The translations under genes were made by a program, and so were the position numbers. The notes beneath the pieces were generated by a model, which saw nothing but the letters and a program-made list of their open reading frames with translations, was not told the DNA's origin and did no database searches. DNA of 64,000 nucleotides from Ignavibacteriota bacterium. Its GTDB lineage: Bacteria; Bacteroidota; Ignavibacteria; UBA10030. This document shows, in pieces, positions 63,441 to 64,000 of the stretch. Location of the stretch: the NCBI GenBank assembly GCA_963701295.1, contig OY969585.1, positions 1,952,001-2,016,000 of the forward strand, given 5' to 3'. Positions within the stretch are counted from its first letter, which is position 1, and each line of letters opens with the position of its first letter.

Positions 63441-64000
63441 ATGAAAAACATTTTACTTCATATATATTGTGTACTGGCAATACTATTATTAAGCATTAAA
63501 GGACAATCACAAACTATTCCTCCCCAAAATCCGTTTTTAATAAATGTGTTGATTAATAAGTTCTGGCAAAATGATTCTACTGCTTATTTGGAAATTTCAA
63601 CTGCGTGTTATCCCAATCAAGTAACTCTGTATAATGATTCGGCAGGACATCACAAAAGTATTGAGTTTTGGATCAAAATTAAAAATAATTCTACTGAAAA
63701 GATTGTTCAGGCAGATCGGTTTCGTGTACCAATTACTATGCAGGATTCTTCGAATGAATTATCTTCAAAATCCATAGTAAATAAATTTACTTATAAACTG
63801 AGTTCTGGTTCGTATACATTAAGTGTTCATGGCTTTGACAACGGAAAGCCAACCCATCGGGATAGCGCAATTATTCAAGTCGAAATACCTCGTCGCCCGA
63901 GAACTGTCGCATTGAGTGACATCGAACTTGCCAGTAATATTACCGAATCGAAGGATACAAAGGATTATTTTTACAAGAATTCTCTTTGTGTAATTCCAAA
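63441..64000 (+). CDS. Exported protein, probably the N-terminus of a GWxTD-domain protein (runs off the window; absent from the ORF track)
   Basis: Hand translation open to the window edge: MKNILLHIYCVLAILLLS...AYLEI...GSYTLSV...LSDIELASNI...FYKNSLCVIP. The GWxTD motif itself is not in the window. Confidence 0.6.
   Translation, partial: MKNILLHIYCVLAILLLSIKGQSQTIPPQNPFLINVLINKFWQNDSTAYLEISTACYPNQVTLYNDSAGHHKSIEFWIKIKNNSTEKIVQADRFRVPITMQDSSNELSSKSIVNKFTYKLSSGSYTLSVHGFDNGKPTHRDSAIIQVEIPRRPRTVALSDIELASNITESKDTKDYFYKNSLCVIP

Overview
Bacterial chromosomal window, most likely from an Ignavibacteria/Chlorobi-like FCB-group organism. This is inferred from the T9SS-type C-terminal domains, a PorV-family barrel, DUF2723, a GWxTD-like gene, the secY-map-infA order and sigma70-like TTGAC-N16/17-TATATT promoters. 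Layout: (1) 0.1-11.6 kb, HAD phosphatase, Gfo/Idh/MocA oxidoreductase, CCA-adding enzyme and a TolC-MacA-TPR-ATPase-3x MacB-permease exporter. (2) 11.7-18 kb, a minus-strand block: YbjQ, membrane protein, CsgG-like, RimL-type GNAT, MauE/DoxX, rhodanese, DUF1573 and two 3-hydroxyacyl-CoA dehydrogenase-like genes. (3) 18-21.8 kb, a decayed T9SS-cargo gene and a DUF2723 glycosyltransferase-like gene. (4) 21.9-54.4 kb, one uninterrupted supercluster: tRNAs-rpmG-tRNA-Trp-secE-nusG-rplKAJL-rpoBC-str-S10-spc-alpha-engB. (5) 54.8-63.4 kb, a self-contained operon with its own promoter and terminator: DUF4397-like lipoprotein, TonB-dependent receptor, a ~1150-aa secreted protein with a T9SS-like CTD (split by a frameshift) and a PorV-family barrel; a truncated GWxTD-like gene follows. 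The operon in (5) is the best candidate for an undescribed system, a SusCD-like importer whose partner would be a T9SS-exported protein with its own PorV-like dock. Three genes carry apparent +1 frameshifts that may be sequence errors. Family assignments come from motif recognition by eye; no searches were run.
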